A stretch of DNA of 64,000 nucleotides, taken from a virus. Taxonomy: Duplodnaviria; Caudoviricetes. The stretch lies in the IMG/VR virus record IMGVR_UViG_2895427314_000002, positions 27,646 through 91,645 of that record. One strand, 5' to 3'. The notes below the pieces were generated by a model that was given only the letters and a program-made list of their open reading frames with translations, did no database searches and had not been told where the DNA came from. The translations under genes were made by a program, and so were the position numbers. Positions 55,760 to 64,000 of the stretch are shown here, piece by piece; the stretch's first letter is position 1, and each line of letters begins with the position of its first letter.

Positions 55760-58492
55760 GTGCAGGTCATCACGCGCGGACTGCCGGAGCCGTATGCGCT
55801 GCGCCTGGCCGCCTACGTGCCCAACGGCGGCAGGCTCGGGACGCTGCCGCACCACCTCGGGTTCGAGGCCGGGCTCCCACTCAACGACGTACCGTCCTTG
55901 AAGATGACGTACTCGGCGGCCGGCGCGGGCTCCGGGTGGCTGGCGCAGCCGGTGGAGCTCGCCGTGGAGGTGTCGGTCGGCGGCAGCCCCTGGCTTGAGC
56001 CGAACGACGCCCGCTTCCTGCGGATCAAGCGCGGCAGCAACGCCACCGACGCCACCGGTGCCCGCACCTACGACTGCCCCGGCTACAGCTGGATGTTGCG
56101 CAAGCTCGTCCTGTACGCCGGGCTGGTGATGGCGGACGGCAAACGCCCGTTCAGCGCGGTCAGCGCGGGGGCGATCCTGCGGACCTTCATCGACGAGGGC
56201 CAGGCGCGCGGTGCGCTGCCCGGCCTCGCGGTCAGCTTCTCCACCACGCACGACTCCGCCGGTCAGCCGTGGAACAAGACGCTGACGCTCCAGATCGAGC
56301 CCGGCACCGACCTGCTCACCCTCCTGCTCAACCTGTCCGAGCAGGGTGTGTGTGACTGGACCATGGCCGGCCGGACGCTGCGCGTCTACAACGAGGGCAC
56401 CGTCCTGGCTGAGGACCTGGCCAGCGGCCCCGCCCCCGTCGATCTGCGGCTCGGCCGCGACATCGACGACGCCCCCGCCACGGCGACTCTCGAGGATCTG
56501 GCGACCGCGATCCTCGTGCGTGGCGACGCCGGGCTGACCGTCGAGCGGACCAACCCGTCCGCGCCCGCACCGTGGGGACGCTGGGAGGCGCCGCAGTCGC
56601 AGGGCGGCGTCACCGACCAGGGCACGGCCATCCTCCTCGGGGACAACGCCTTGCAGCGCGCCGGGCGCGAGCGCACCCAGCTCACCCGCGGCATCCGCGT
56701 CGGCGCGGCGCGATGGCTGCCGCTGGCGCACTACCGGCCGGGAGACGTAGTGCTCGCGCCGGGGGAGACCGGCGCGATGGAGCCGCTCCGAGTCCGGCAG
56801 ATCACCGTGTCCTGCGCGGCGGACGGCGCGCTCAGCGGCAACCTCGTGCTCAACGACCGGTTCATCGAACGTGAGATCCGGCTCGCCCGTCAGGCGGCCG
56901 GGATCCTCGCCGGTGGCGTCTCATCCGGCGGCACCGGAGGGGAGCCCGCGCCGGAGCTGCCGGGCGGGCGGGTTGCCGCGCCGCCGCAGGGGCTGGTCGT
57001 GACTCCGGCCGCGTACGTGGACGAGTACGGGTTCGCGCGCGGTCAGGTGACCGCGACTTGGTCGCCGGTCACCGCCGACACCGCCGGGGTGGTCATTGAC
57101 CCGGACCGGTACGAGCTGTACGCCCGCGTCAACGAGGCAGGTCAGGTGTGGCGGCTCATCGCCTCCTCGGACGACACCACGGCGACGTACTCGCCGCTGG
57201 TCGTGGACGAGACGTACGGGTTCAAGGTGCGCGCGGTCGCGCAGGGTACGCCGGGGGAGTTCTCGGCGGTGTTCGTGGTGCTCATCCCCGACGACGTGAC
57301 CCCGCCGCCGGTCCCCTCGATGCCGGTCCTGTCCACCAGGTTGGGCGTGATCGAGGTGGCCTGGGACGGCCTGTCTTTCACGGGCGCGGCGATGCCGTCC
57401 GATTTCGAGCTCGTGCGCGTGCATATGGCCGCCGACGAGGCCGGCCCGTACGAGGTGGTGGATCACCTGCGCGCGGCCGGGCAGGGGCTGGTCGCCGACC
57501 AGCCGTATAATGAGCTGCGCTGGTTCCGGCTGACGGCGCTCGATCGGCGCGGCAACGAGTCCGCTCCTTCGGCCGCCGCCTCGATTGCCACGCAGCCGCT
57601 GGTCAACGGCGACCTGATCGGGAAGATTCTCGACGGGGCGAACATCATCGACGGCACCGTGAACGCGGCCGACGCGCTCATCGCCAACACCATCACCGGC
57701 GAGCTGATCCAGGCACTCGCGATTGAGACCCCGCATCTGAAGGCCAACGCGGTCACGCTCGACAAGCTGGCGGCCGGATCGGTGGACGCGGCCAAGCTCA
57801 CGGCCACGGCGATCGACGGCAAGACCATCACGGGGGCGTTCATCCGCACCGCCGCCACGGGCCGGCGGCTGGAGTTCGCGCCACCCGGGAGCACCTACCC
57901 GGAGATCAGGTTCATCCCGGCAGGGGCCGGTACCAACTTCACCCGCTTGAGGACGCGGGACGACCGGTTCGCAGGCGAGGCCACGTTCGAGGTCACCTCC
58001 GGCACCAACAGCTCCGTCACCGCCGCCAGCCAGACGACCATCGCGGCCGGGTACATGCAGATGCAGGTTCGTGACGCGTCGCTCACCGGCGACAACGGCG
58101 GGTTGATGGAGGTGGCCGAGTCGTACGCCAGCTACGGCTACATGCACAACGCGTCCGACGAGCAGTACTTCTGGTTCGACTCCAGCGGCCGGACCCGCCA
58201 CGTCGGCAAGTGGTGGGACTTCACGAACCTCGGCTCCACCGCGGGCATCCTCGCTGGCTCCATCGTGTTCGCCTCGGCCGGGTCCGGCGCCAACATCCGC
58301 TTCCTGTCGTACGGGACGGAGATGAACGGCAACATGGGGCCGGTCTGCGTGCTGCGGCGAGGTCTGTCCAGCCCGACCTCGCACACGCCCTCAGGGTCGT
58401 GGTACGAGACCGAGTCGCTCCAGACCGGGTTCCGGATCTCCAGTTCGTTCCCGGACGGGTTCGCCATCTACTGGTGGTCGCACCGCCACTGA
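55760..58492 (+). CDS. minor tail hub / central fibre protein with FnIII-like domains
   Basis: Same hub domain as 53156-54310, then YGFKVRAV and LTALDRRGNES FnIII motifs and a fibre region; GGAGG RBS. Confidence 0.88.
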   Translation: MQVITRGLPEPYALRLAAYVPNGGRLGTLPHHLGFEAGLPLNDVPSLKMTYSAAGAGSGWLAQPVELAVEVSVGGSPWLEPNDARFLRIKRGSNATDATGARTYDCPGYSWMLRKLVLYAGLVMADGKRPFSAVSAGAILRTFIDEGQARGALPGLAVSFSTTHDSAGQPWNKTLTLQIEPGTDLLTLLLNLSEQGVCDWTMAGRTLRVYNEGTVLAEDLASGPAPVDLRLGRDIDDAPATATLEDLATAILVRGDAGLTVERTNPSAPAPWGRWEAPQSQGGVTDQGTAILLGDNALQRAGRERTQLTRGIRVGAARWLPLAHYRPGDVVLAPGETGAMEPLRVRQITVSCAADGALSGNLVLNDRFIEREIRLARQAAGILAGGVSSGGTGGEPAPELPGGRVAAPPQGLVVTPAAYVDEYGFARGQVTATWSPVTADTAGVVIDPDRYELYARVNEAGQVWRLIASSDDTTATYSPLVVDETYGFKVRAVAQGTPGEFSAVFVVLIPDDVTPPPVPSMPVLSTRLGVIEVAWDGLSFTGAAMPSDFELVRVHMAADEAGPYEVVDHLRAAGQGLVADQPYNELRWFRLTALDRRGNESAPSAAASIATQPLVNGDLIGKILDGANIIDGTVNAADALIANTITGELIQALAIETPHLKANAVTLDKLAAGSVDAAKLTATAIDGKTITGAFIRTAATGRRLEFAPPGSTYPEIRFIPAGAGTNFTRLRTRDDRFAGEATFEVTSGTNSSVTAASQTTIAAGYMQMQVRDASLTGDNGGLMEVAESYASYGYMHNASDEQYFWFDSSGRTRHVGKWWDFTNLGSTAGILAGSIVFASAGSGANIRFLSYGTEMNGNMGPVCVLRRGLSSPTSHTPSGSWYETESLQTGFRISSSFPDGFAIYWWSHRH

Positions 58493-58531
58493 CCTGCCCA
58501 CCCTTGCCCATCCTGCACGAGGGGACTCATC

Positions 58532-59206
58532 ATGCCTGCCGAGCTGGTGCAGGTGTGGGACGCCGAGCTGTCCTACACGCACACTCCGCTCCGAGACACC
58601 GGGACACCGGTCGCGCCGCACACGGACGGGGCCGAACCGCTGTGGTGCGTCTACCAGTACGCCCCCGCGAACGCGGTAGAGATCCACCACGCGCTCCCGC
58701 ACACGCTGCTGGAATGGCGATGCGCCCTGTACGGGCTCGACCCGGACGATGTCCCGACGCTGCTCGACATCGCCATGCACGAGCCGTACATCCCCGACCG
58801 CAACGACATGCTGACTCGTACGGACCCCGGCGCGGTGAAGGTCCTGGAAGCCACGCGCGGCCTGCCGACCTGCTGGACCCCCGGCGTCCCCGAGCACGAG
58901 CGGCGCGCGGCCTACGTGGAGCGGATCAGGCTCGTCAAAGAGCACCGGGTCCGCCTGAAGCCGGCGCCGCGGGCGCTGCGGGCCGAAGCGCTCGCCTACG
59001 TCGGCTCGGCCCGGGTCGCGCCGCCGGATCCGCTGGAGCCGATCCTGTCCCTAGTCCGGCTCGACCCTGTCCGGGTGGAGTCGCGGCGCATGGCCACCGA
59101 GTGGTTGCGTGCGGAACGCGGCGACCAGCTCCCGCAGCCGACGTTCCAGCTCAAGCCTCCGGCCACGTTCGTGGGGACGCAGCCCCGGGCGGGCGGTACC
59201 GCTTGA
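58532..59206 (+). CDS. hypothetical tail-associated protein
   Basis: Position after the fibre gene; RBS. Confidence 0.7.
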   Translation: MPAELVQVWDAELSYTHTPLRDTGTPVAPHTDGAEPLWCVYQYAPANAVEIHHALPHTLLEWRCALYGLDPDDVPTLLDIAMHEPYIPDRNDMLTRTDPGAVKVLEATRGLPTCWTPGVPEHERRAAYVERIRLVKEHRVRLKPAPRALRAEALAYVGSARVAPPDPLEPILSLVRLDPVRVESRRMATEWLRAERGDQLPQPTFQLKPPATFVGTQPRAGGTA

Positions 59207-59544
59207 CCAGTGACGACACGACCAGCCTCGCTCTGTCCCTGGAGACGCTGCGTCGTCTGGTCGAGGTGGGGTTCGCTCAAGTCAACGGCCAGATCGCGCT
59301 GGTACGGCAGGAGCTGGAGCAGGTCAACGACCAGCACGCCAAGCTCGCCCAGCGCGTCGAGCAGGACCGCATGACCGCTGACGTTCGCCATGCAGCGCTG
59401 GAGGCCCGCCTGGACAACATCGAACGGGAGGCCGTGACACGATCCCAGCTCGCTGACCGCACCCGGCAGATCATCGCCGTCGTGGGCGTGCTCGTCACCG
59501 TGGCCAGCGCGGTGATCGCGCTGATCGCATTGACGCGAGGCTGA
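59203..59544 (+). CDS. coiled-coil protein with C-terminal TM (lysis module)
   Basis: Heptad pattern plus terminal hydrophobic helix. Confidence 0.72.
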   Translation: MTSDDTTSLALSLETLRRLVEVGFAQVNGQIALVRQELEQVNDQHAKLAQRVEQDRMTADVRHAALEARLDNIEREAVTRSQLADRTRQIIAVVGVLVTVASAVIALIALTRG

Positions 59545-59545
59545 A

Positions 59546-59716
59546 CTACTTCCGTGCCTGGTTACGGTCGTGCGCAGCCTGGATGCGTCGTGCCGCGCCT
59601 GACGTGGCCAGGGCGCCGTCAGGGTGACGTGACGCGCTCCGCATCGCGCTGGCCTTCTCCTTCGCGGACGGGCCCTTGGCGCTACGTGCGCTCTTACCGC
59701 TGCTGTTGTTCGCCAT
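59546..59716 (-). CDS. 56-aa basic peptide
   Basis: MANNSSGK...AARRIQAAHDRNQARK fills the gap antisense. Confidence 0.5.
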   Translation of the reverse strand: MANNSSGKSARSAKGPSAKEKASAMRSASRHPDGALATSGAARRIQAAHDRNQARK

Positions 59717-59883
59717 AACCCGAGTATCCCTGTCCGGCCGCAACCAGAAAGGTGCCAGTGGCCTTGCTGGTGCTGCCCACCCGCGACGGCGTGCTCCTCG
59801 TGCCCGCCGTCCTTCCCATCCGCGTCAGCCACGACGAGCTGAAGATGACTGTCGCCGACTGGCTCGCCCTCAAGGAGATCACC

Positions 59884-60057
59884 ATGCCCCAGCCCTCGCC
59901 CGAGCCGATCGATGTCCTCGACGGCCAGGATCCACTCCCGATGCCGCCGTTCGCCGACGCGAGCACGACCGTGCTCGACCCCAGCCAGGACGGGCTGCCC
60001 CAGGACCCCGGCAGCACCATCGACGACGAGGAGGAGGTGACCACGCATGACGGTTGA
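59884..60057 (+). CDS. small acidic protein
   Basis: AAGGAG RBS. Confidence 0.55.
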   Translation: MPQPSPEPIDVLDGQDPLPMPPFADASTTVLDPSQDGLPQDPGSTIDDEEEVTTHDG

Positions 60058-60316
60058 CCGGCTGCCCATGACCTGCGACATCGTCCGCTATCGCGGCCAA
60101 CATGGTCTCCAGGCTGTCCGAGCGGCAGTCGTGGTAGCCGACGTGCACACTCTCGACCCCGCCGGAGTGCGGTCGGGGACGGTCCCCGCGCTCGACAGCC
60201 CCGAGCATGTTCATCTGCTGGTGTTCACTCCTGGGGCGCGCGGCTCGTTCTGGGAGTTCAACGTGCCGCCCGGCGACGGACCCGGCGCGTGGCACTGGCC
60301 GCCGGAGCGCTCATGA
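60047..60316 (+). CDS. phage hypothetical protein
   Basis: IVRY...RAAVV...VHL.VF.P...GAWHWP pattern. Confidence 0.75.
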   Translation: MTVDRLPMTCDIVRYRGQHGLQAVRAAVVVADVHTLDPAGVRSGTVPALDSPEHVHLLVFTPGARGSFWEFNVPPGDGPGAWHWPPERS

Positions 60317-61092
60317 TAGCCAAGACGTCAGCGAAGCCCGCCGATCGGCTCCTGGCCGTCGTGCGCTCCCAGCTCGGGGAGACCGAGTCGCCGACCGGGT
60401 GGACGAAGTACGGCTCCTGGTGGGCGAAGCGGCACGACAAGTCGGCCGCCTGGGCGGTGGCCGCTTGGTGCGACATGTTCCTGGCCTGGTGTGCCGCGCA
60501 GGCCGGGCTCATCGCCGTCGTCGGGGATCACGCCTACACGCCGTCTCACGCCGCCTGGTTCAAGGACCGAGGCCAGTGGGGGCACACACCCCGGCGCGGC
60601 GCGATCGTGTTCTTCGACTGGGGCGGCACCCGCGACATCAAGGCGATCGACCACGTCGGCATCGTCGAGGCCGTCCGCGACGGTGGCCGGACCATCGTGA
60701 CGATTGAGGGCAACACCGAGAACCGCGTCATGCGCCGAGTGCGCTCGCTGGCGAACGTGGCCGGGTTCGGCTACCCCGCCTACCTGCCCGAGCCGGCCAC
60801 GCCGAAGCCTCCCGCCGCTCCGGCACTCACCTGGACGGAGACGATGATGAAGGAACTGCCCACGCTGCGGCGCGGCGACGGCAAGGACCCCAACGACCCG
60901 GCCCGGTGGGACGTCAAGACGGTCTTTTACCTGCTGCACGCCCGCGGCTTCGGCGTGGGCGGCGGCGTGGACGACACCGTGTTCGGCGCCGCGCTGGAGG
61001 ACGCGGTTCGCTCCTTCCAGCGCCACGCCGGTCTCAAGGTGGACGGCGTGGTTGGGCCGAAGACGTGGCCCGCGCTCGTCCGCGTGTCCTAA
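60313..61092 (+). CDS. endolysin (CHAP domain plus peptidoglycan-binding domain)
   Basis: WCDMF..W, IDHVGIVE, TIEGNT; FQ...GLKVDGVVGPKTW. Confidence 0.93.
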   Translation: MIAKTSAKPADRLLAVVRSQLGETESPTGWTKYGSWWAKRHDKSAAWAVAAWCDMFLAWCAAQAGLIAVVGDHAYTPSHAAWFKDRGQWGHTPRRGAIVFFDWGGTRDIKAIDHVGIVEAVRDGGRTIVTIEGNTENRVMRRVRSLANVAGFGYPAYLPEPATPKPPAAPALTWTETMMKELPTLRRGDGKDPNDPARWDVKTVFYLLHARGFGVGGGVDDTVFGAALEDAVRSFQRHAGLKVDGVVGPKTWPALVRVS

Positions 61093-61109
61093 CACCGCGA
61101 GGAGTGATC

Positions 61110-61520
61110 ATGCTCAGGTTCGTGTCCACCGTGCTCGCCGCCCTCGTCGCCGTGCTGCTCGCGGCCGGGCTCGGCGGAGCCGTCGCGCTGGCGGCGGCCG
61201 AGCCGAAGGCCCTCGGCTTCTGCGCCAAGCAGACCGGCGGCGCGCTCCGCCTGCTGGAGCCGAAGAACATCGCCAAGTCGCAGTGGGGCAAGTGCAAGTC
61301 CGGCGAGACCCGCGTGCAGCTCCCCACCACTGCGGCCAAGGGCCCCAAGGGCGACACCGGCCCGGCCGGACCGAAGGGCGACACCGGCGCCCCCGGCAAG
61401 GACGGCAAGGACGGGCGCAGCTTCGACGGCGCCCCCTTCACCATGACGTTCACCGGCAACGGCCCCTGGAAGTGCACCTGGAAGGCCGACACCGCCACGC
61501 TCGCCTGCGTCACCCCTTAA
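61110..61520 (+). CDS. secreted protein with short collagen repeat
   Basis: Signal peptide; GPKGDTG repeats; four Cys. Confidence 0.78.
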   Translation: MLRFVSTVLAALVAVLLAAGLGGAVALAAAEPKALGFCAKQTGGALRLLEPKNIAKSQWGKCKSGETRVQLPTTAAKGPKGDTGPAGPKGDTGAPGKDGKDGRSFDGAPFTMTFTGNGPWKCTWKADTATLACVTP

Positions 61521-61528
61521 CCCCTCTC

Positions 61529-61546
61529 GTTGGCGTGAACGCCAAC
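61529..61546. promoter_or_regulatory. 18-bp palindrome variant GTTGGCGTGAACGCCAAC
   Basis: Perfect arms with a symmetric G>T / C>A change; upstream of the holin. Confidence 0.72.
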
Positions 61547-61561
61547 AGATTGGAGACCTGC

Positions 61562-61954
61562 ATGGTCAGCTCCACTGCGAAGAAGCTCACCATCCTGGGT
61601 CAGGAGCCCGCGGCGATCGCGTACATCCTCAACGCGCTGCTCGCGTTCCTCGTCACCATCCCGCAGCTCGGCCTCACCGAGGAGGCCGCGGGCTACGTGT
61701 CCACCATCGGGTCGGGTGTGCTCACGCTCATCGTGGCGTGGCAGACCCGGCCGTGGGTGATCTCGGCGCTGACGGGCGCCGTGTCCACGGTCCTCACCGG
61801 CGTCTCCCATTTCTGGCTGGTGCTCACCCCCGCGCAGACGGCGGCGTTCATCCTGCTGCTGTCCGCGGTGCTTGGCCTGGCCTTGCGCGGCCAGGTCAGC
61901 CCGAAGGCCGGGCCGGTTGCGCACGTGGTCGTCGTGGAGGAGAAGCTGCCATAA
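61562..61954 (+). CDS. holin (4 TM)
   Basis: GQEPA...LT.AQ...RGQVSP; next to the endolysin. Confidence 0.8.
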   Translation: MVSSTAKKLTILGQEPAAIAYILNALLAFLVTIPQLGLTEEAAGYVSTIGSGVLTLIVAWQTRPWVISALTGAVSTVLTGVSHFWLVLTPAQTAAFILLLSAVLGLALRGQVSPKAGPVAHVVVVEEKLP

Positions 61955-61975
61955 GTTCTTCAGTCGGCAGGTCGA

Positions 61976-62011
61976 AGCCCCGTCCACCTCCTATGGGAGG
62001 TGGACGGGGCT
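61976..62011 (+). terminator. late-operon terminator
   Basis: 16-bp perfect stem AGCCCCGTCCACCTCC-tatg-GGAGGTGGACGGGGCT followed by a T-rich tail. Confidence 0.85.
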
Positions 62012-62247
62012 CGTTCGTGTTTCACGAGGTCAGTGTGTGGCTCGGGCTCTATTGCCAGATCGACTGGCCTTCAGGTACGACCGTCACACCGATCCGACCC
62101 CGCCTGACGTTCGTTCCACTTCACCCGCAGAAATGGATGATTCTCCACCATTGCCAGCCAGGACGGTCAAGATGCTGTGGGGCGGACGCCCGCTGGCCAA
62201 GGGGCTCAGCTGAACTTTGGAGCCTGTGCCGCTCTGCGCAAATTTTG

Positions 62248-63126
62248 TCACTCACTCGCCGTGCCGCGGGGTAAATCCGTGTCGTCCGGTCTCCTAGCGG
62301 ACAACATGCCGCGCAGTACCTCCGTGGTGATGGTGGCCTGCTGGTTGGGCTCCAATCGCTCAATGCCATTAAGGAGACGCTCGGCCGCCAGATAGCGCGA
62401 GAACTCCAACGGCTGGTCGAAATAGGAACGCAGATGTGCCGCAGCGCTCTCCTGTGAGCGGACGAAGGTCCGACCGATGAAGGCAGCAAACGCCGCCGCT
62501 GTTGCGCCCAGCGCACCGGTGACGACGGCCCCCGTTGAGGTTTGGGCAGCGAGCGCTAAGATTGCGAAGACGACCAGAAGAAGAAACCCAACCGTCATGG
62601 CAATCTGCGCATTGCGAAACGACTGACGGGCCTGTCCGGTAGCGATCTCGTGGTAATAGTCCAGTCGTGCATGAGTGACCTTCCACAGCGCTGGCAGCGT
62701 CAACTCGTCTGCGACGATGAGCTCATTCTCAACACGCGAGAGATCGCGGCGGGCGGCCTCTTGAGCCTGGGCTGTACCAGATGCGGTCGGCTTGTGTCCT
62801 TGACGGACCCGATCGAGCGCTTTCATCCAGTCAGTGATTGCATCTTGAGAAAGATGAAGCGCCAGGAGGAGATTTCGAACGACGAACGGAGCAGGAAGAT
62901 ACTGGCCACTTGTAAGCGCATTTACATCCGTTCTACCGACATTTGCCGCCCTGGCGAGATCGTCCGTTGAGAGGCCACTGGAATTGCGGAGATTCCGAAA
63001 CGCTTCGAAAAATTCATCGGAGTTCCGGATGCTACGAGGTTGGACACCTGCTGACGAAGATCTCTGTCGGGCGCCCTGGGCTGCCTCATGCGCTTCGCTC
63101 ATACTTCTGTAATCGTGCGATCGCAT
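62248..63126 (-). CDS. XRE-HTH fused to a two-TM domain (TRADD-N-associated-like)
   Basis: LRNSSGLSTDDLAR.ANV....V..L..G..LP; YYH.IA..QARQSF..AQ followed by 2 TM. Confidence 0.72.
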   Translation of the reverse strand: MRSHDYRSMSEAHEAAQGARQRSSSAGVQPRSIRNSDEFFEAFRNLRNSSGLSTDDLARAANVGRTDVNALTSGQYLPAPFVVRNLLLALHLSQDAITDWMKALDRVRQGHKPTASGTAQAQEAARRDLSRVENELIVADELTLPALWKVTHARLDYYHEIATGQARQSFRNAQIAMTVGFLLLVVFAILALAAQTSTGAVVTGALGATAAAFAAFIGRTFVRSQESAAAHLRSYFDQPLEFSRYLAAERLLNGIERLEPNQQATITTEVLRGMLSARRPDDTDLPRGTASE

Positions 63127-63244
63127 CGTATCGCTACCTGTCAAGGTGGGTAGAAGTGGTAGGCGACCGATCCGTGCGTCTTGAATGTAGCCATCTGAAA
63201 GGTCCGAAAACTCAAATTCGGATGTCCGCTCACTAAGGAGAGGA

Positions 63245-64000
63245 TCACAGTGCCATGCGCTCGTCGGTGAACCGTACACGGGCCGGATTGGCGACAATAC
63301 GCAGCAGCTCGACCGCTCGGCCGCACTCATCCACGATGACCTGGTCGGCGGCCAGCACCCACGAGCCCGTGGCCAGCCTGAGCCGTGAGGGCTCATCACC
63401 AGTCGCGAGCCGGGCCCGCACCGTCCGGCGCGCGACCACTGCGGGGGCGTGGCCGGCGTGGGCCAGCGTCGCGTAGATCCCTCCCGGCACCGCACGCTCG
63501 GTCGCGATCGGCGTGCCCTCGACGACCTGCCGGGGGTAGATGGCTTCGTCCAGCCGAACCGGGACGTCGCCGGCGAACGCGGTCCGGGCCCGGGTGACGA
63601 TGTCGGTGCCGGGCTCGATGCCGAGGAGCGCAGCCACGTCCTGGTTGGCGTGGCCGGGGGTGACGGAGTCGGTCACCATGCGTCCGTCGAGTCCGGCGAG
63701 CTTGCAGCACTCAGGCCAGGGGAGGGGGCCGTGGCCGGTGGGGTTGTGCAGCACCAGGTCCACGACGACGGGGCTGGGGTCTTGGACGATCATGCCGACT
63801 GCGGCGTTGCGGCGGATCAGCCCTTCCGCTTTGAGAATCTTGTACGCCTCTCGGAGGACGTTGTCGGAGCCGAGACCGTAGGAGCGCAGCAGGTCTCGAC
63901 TGTGGGGAAGGGGCTGGCCTACGGGGTAGCTGCCGTTGAGGATCTTCTCGCGGAGGTCGTTGGCGACCTGCTGGTAGCGACGGACGGGCTTCTCGGCCAT
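63245..64000 (-). CDS. GntR-family regulator with UTRA domain (HutC subfamily)
   Basis: YQQVANDLR.KI..G.Y..G..LP; C-terminal UTRA pattern. Confidence 0.92.
   Translation of the reverse strand: MAEKPVRRYQQVANDLREKILNGSYPVGQPLPHSRDLLRSYGLGSDNVLREAYKILKAEGLIRRNAAVGMIVQDPSPVVVDLVLHNPTGHGPLPWPECCKLAGLDGRMVTDSVTPGHANQDVAALLGIEPGTDIVTRARTAFAGDVPVRLDEAIYPRQVVEGTPIATERAVPGGIYATLAHAGHAPAVVARRTVRARLATGDEPSRLRLATGSWVLAADQVIVDECGRAVELLRIVANPARVRFTDERMAL

Larger units (their letters stand above)
1..64000. mobile_element. Actinobacterial siphovirus-like prophage (left end outside window; att sites not seen)
   Basis: Terminase, portal, capsid, tail, tape-measure and lysis genes in order, plus WhiB, RuvC-like and many overlapping small ORFs. 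Confidence 0.95.

Noticed and set aside
53156-58492. Shufflon or diversity-generating retroelement acting on tail genes
   Set aside because: Paralogs are in direct orientation and diverged; no invertase sites, reverse transcriptase or TR/VR pair seen

Overview
High-GC actinomycete siphovirus-type prophage, possibly a plasmid-like one. The early region is cut by the left edge. Layout: (i) 1-11 kb rightward early/DNA-metabolism operon with a RuvC-like resolvase, WhiB, an intein-containing PAPS-reductase-like enzyme, a PD-(D/E)XK nuclease and a short HTH initiator-like gene followed by an iteron + DnaA-box origin. (ii) 11.7-29.7 kb accessory region with secreted morons, small-gene operons and a tyrosine recombinase with its own resolution-type site. 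(iii) 29.9-33 kb ParB-like plus ABC-ATPase/GNAT (Mom-like) candidate DNA-modification module. (iv) 35-62 kb terminase, portal, head, tail and lysis modules. (v) XRE-2TM and GntR genes at the right edge. The most notable features not explained by the ORF track are: a 1,346-bp transposase-less TGT...ACA element with a 5-bp target duplication and two cargo genes (19013-20358); an 18-bp palindrome GTTGGCGG-N2-CCGCCAAC found 11 times across the genome; a multi-stem, possibly switchable RNA leader (16051-16231); an 11-6-11 recombination site with accessory repeats upstream of the recombinase; and a duplicated tail-hub gene. All calls come from reading motifs and synteny by eye; no database search was run.
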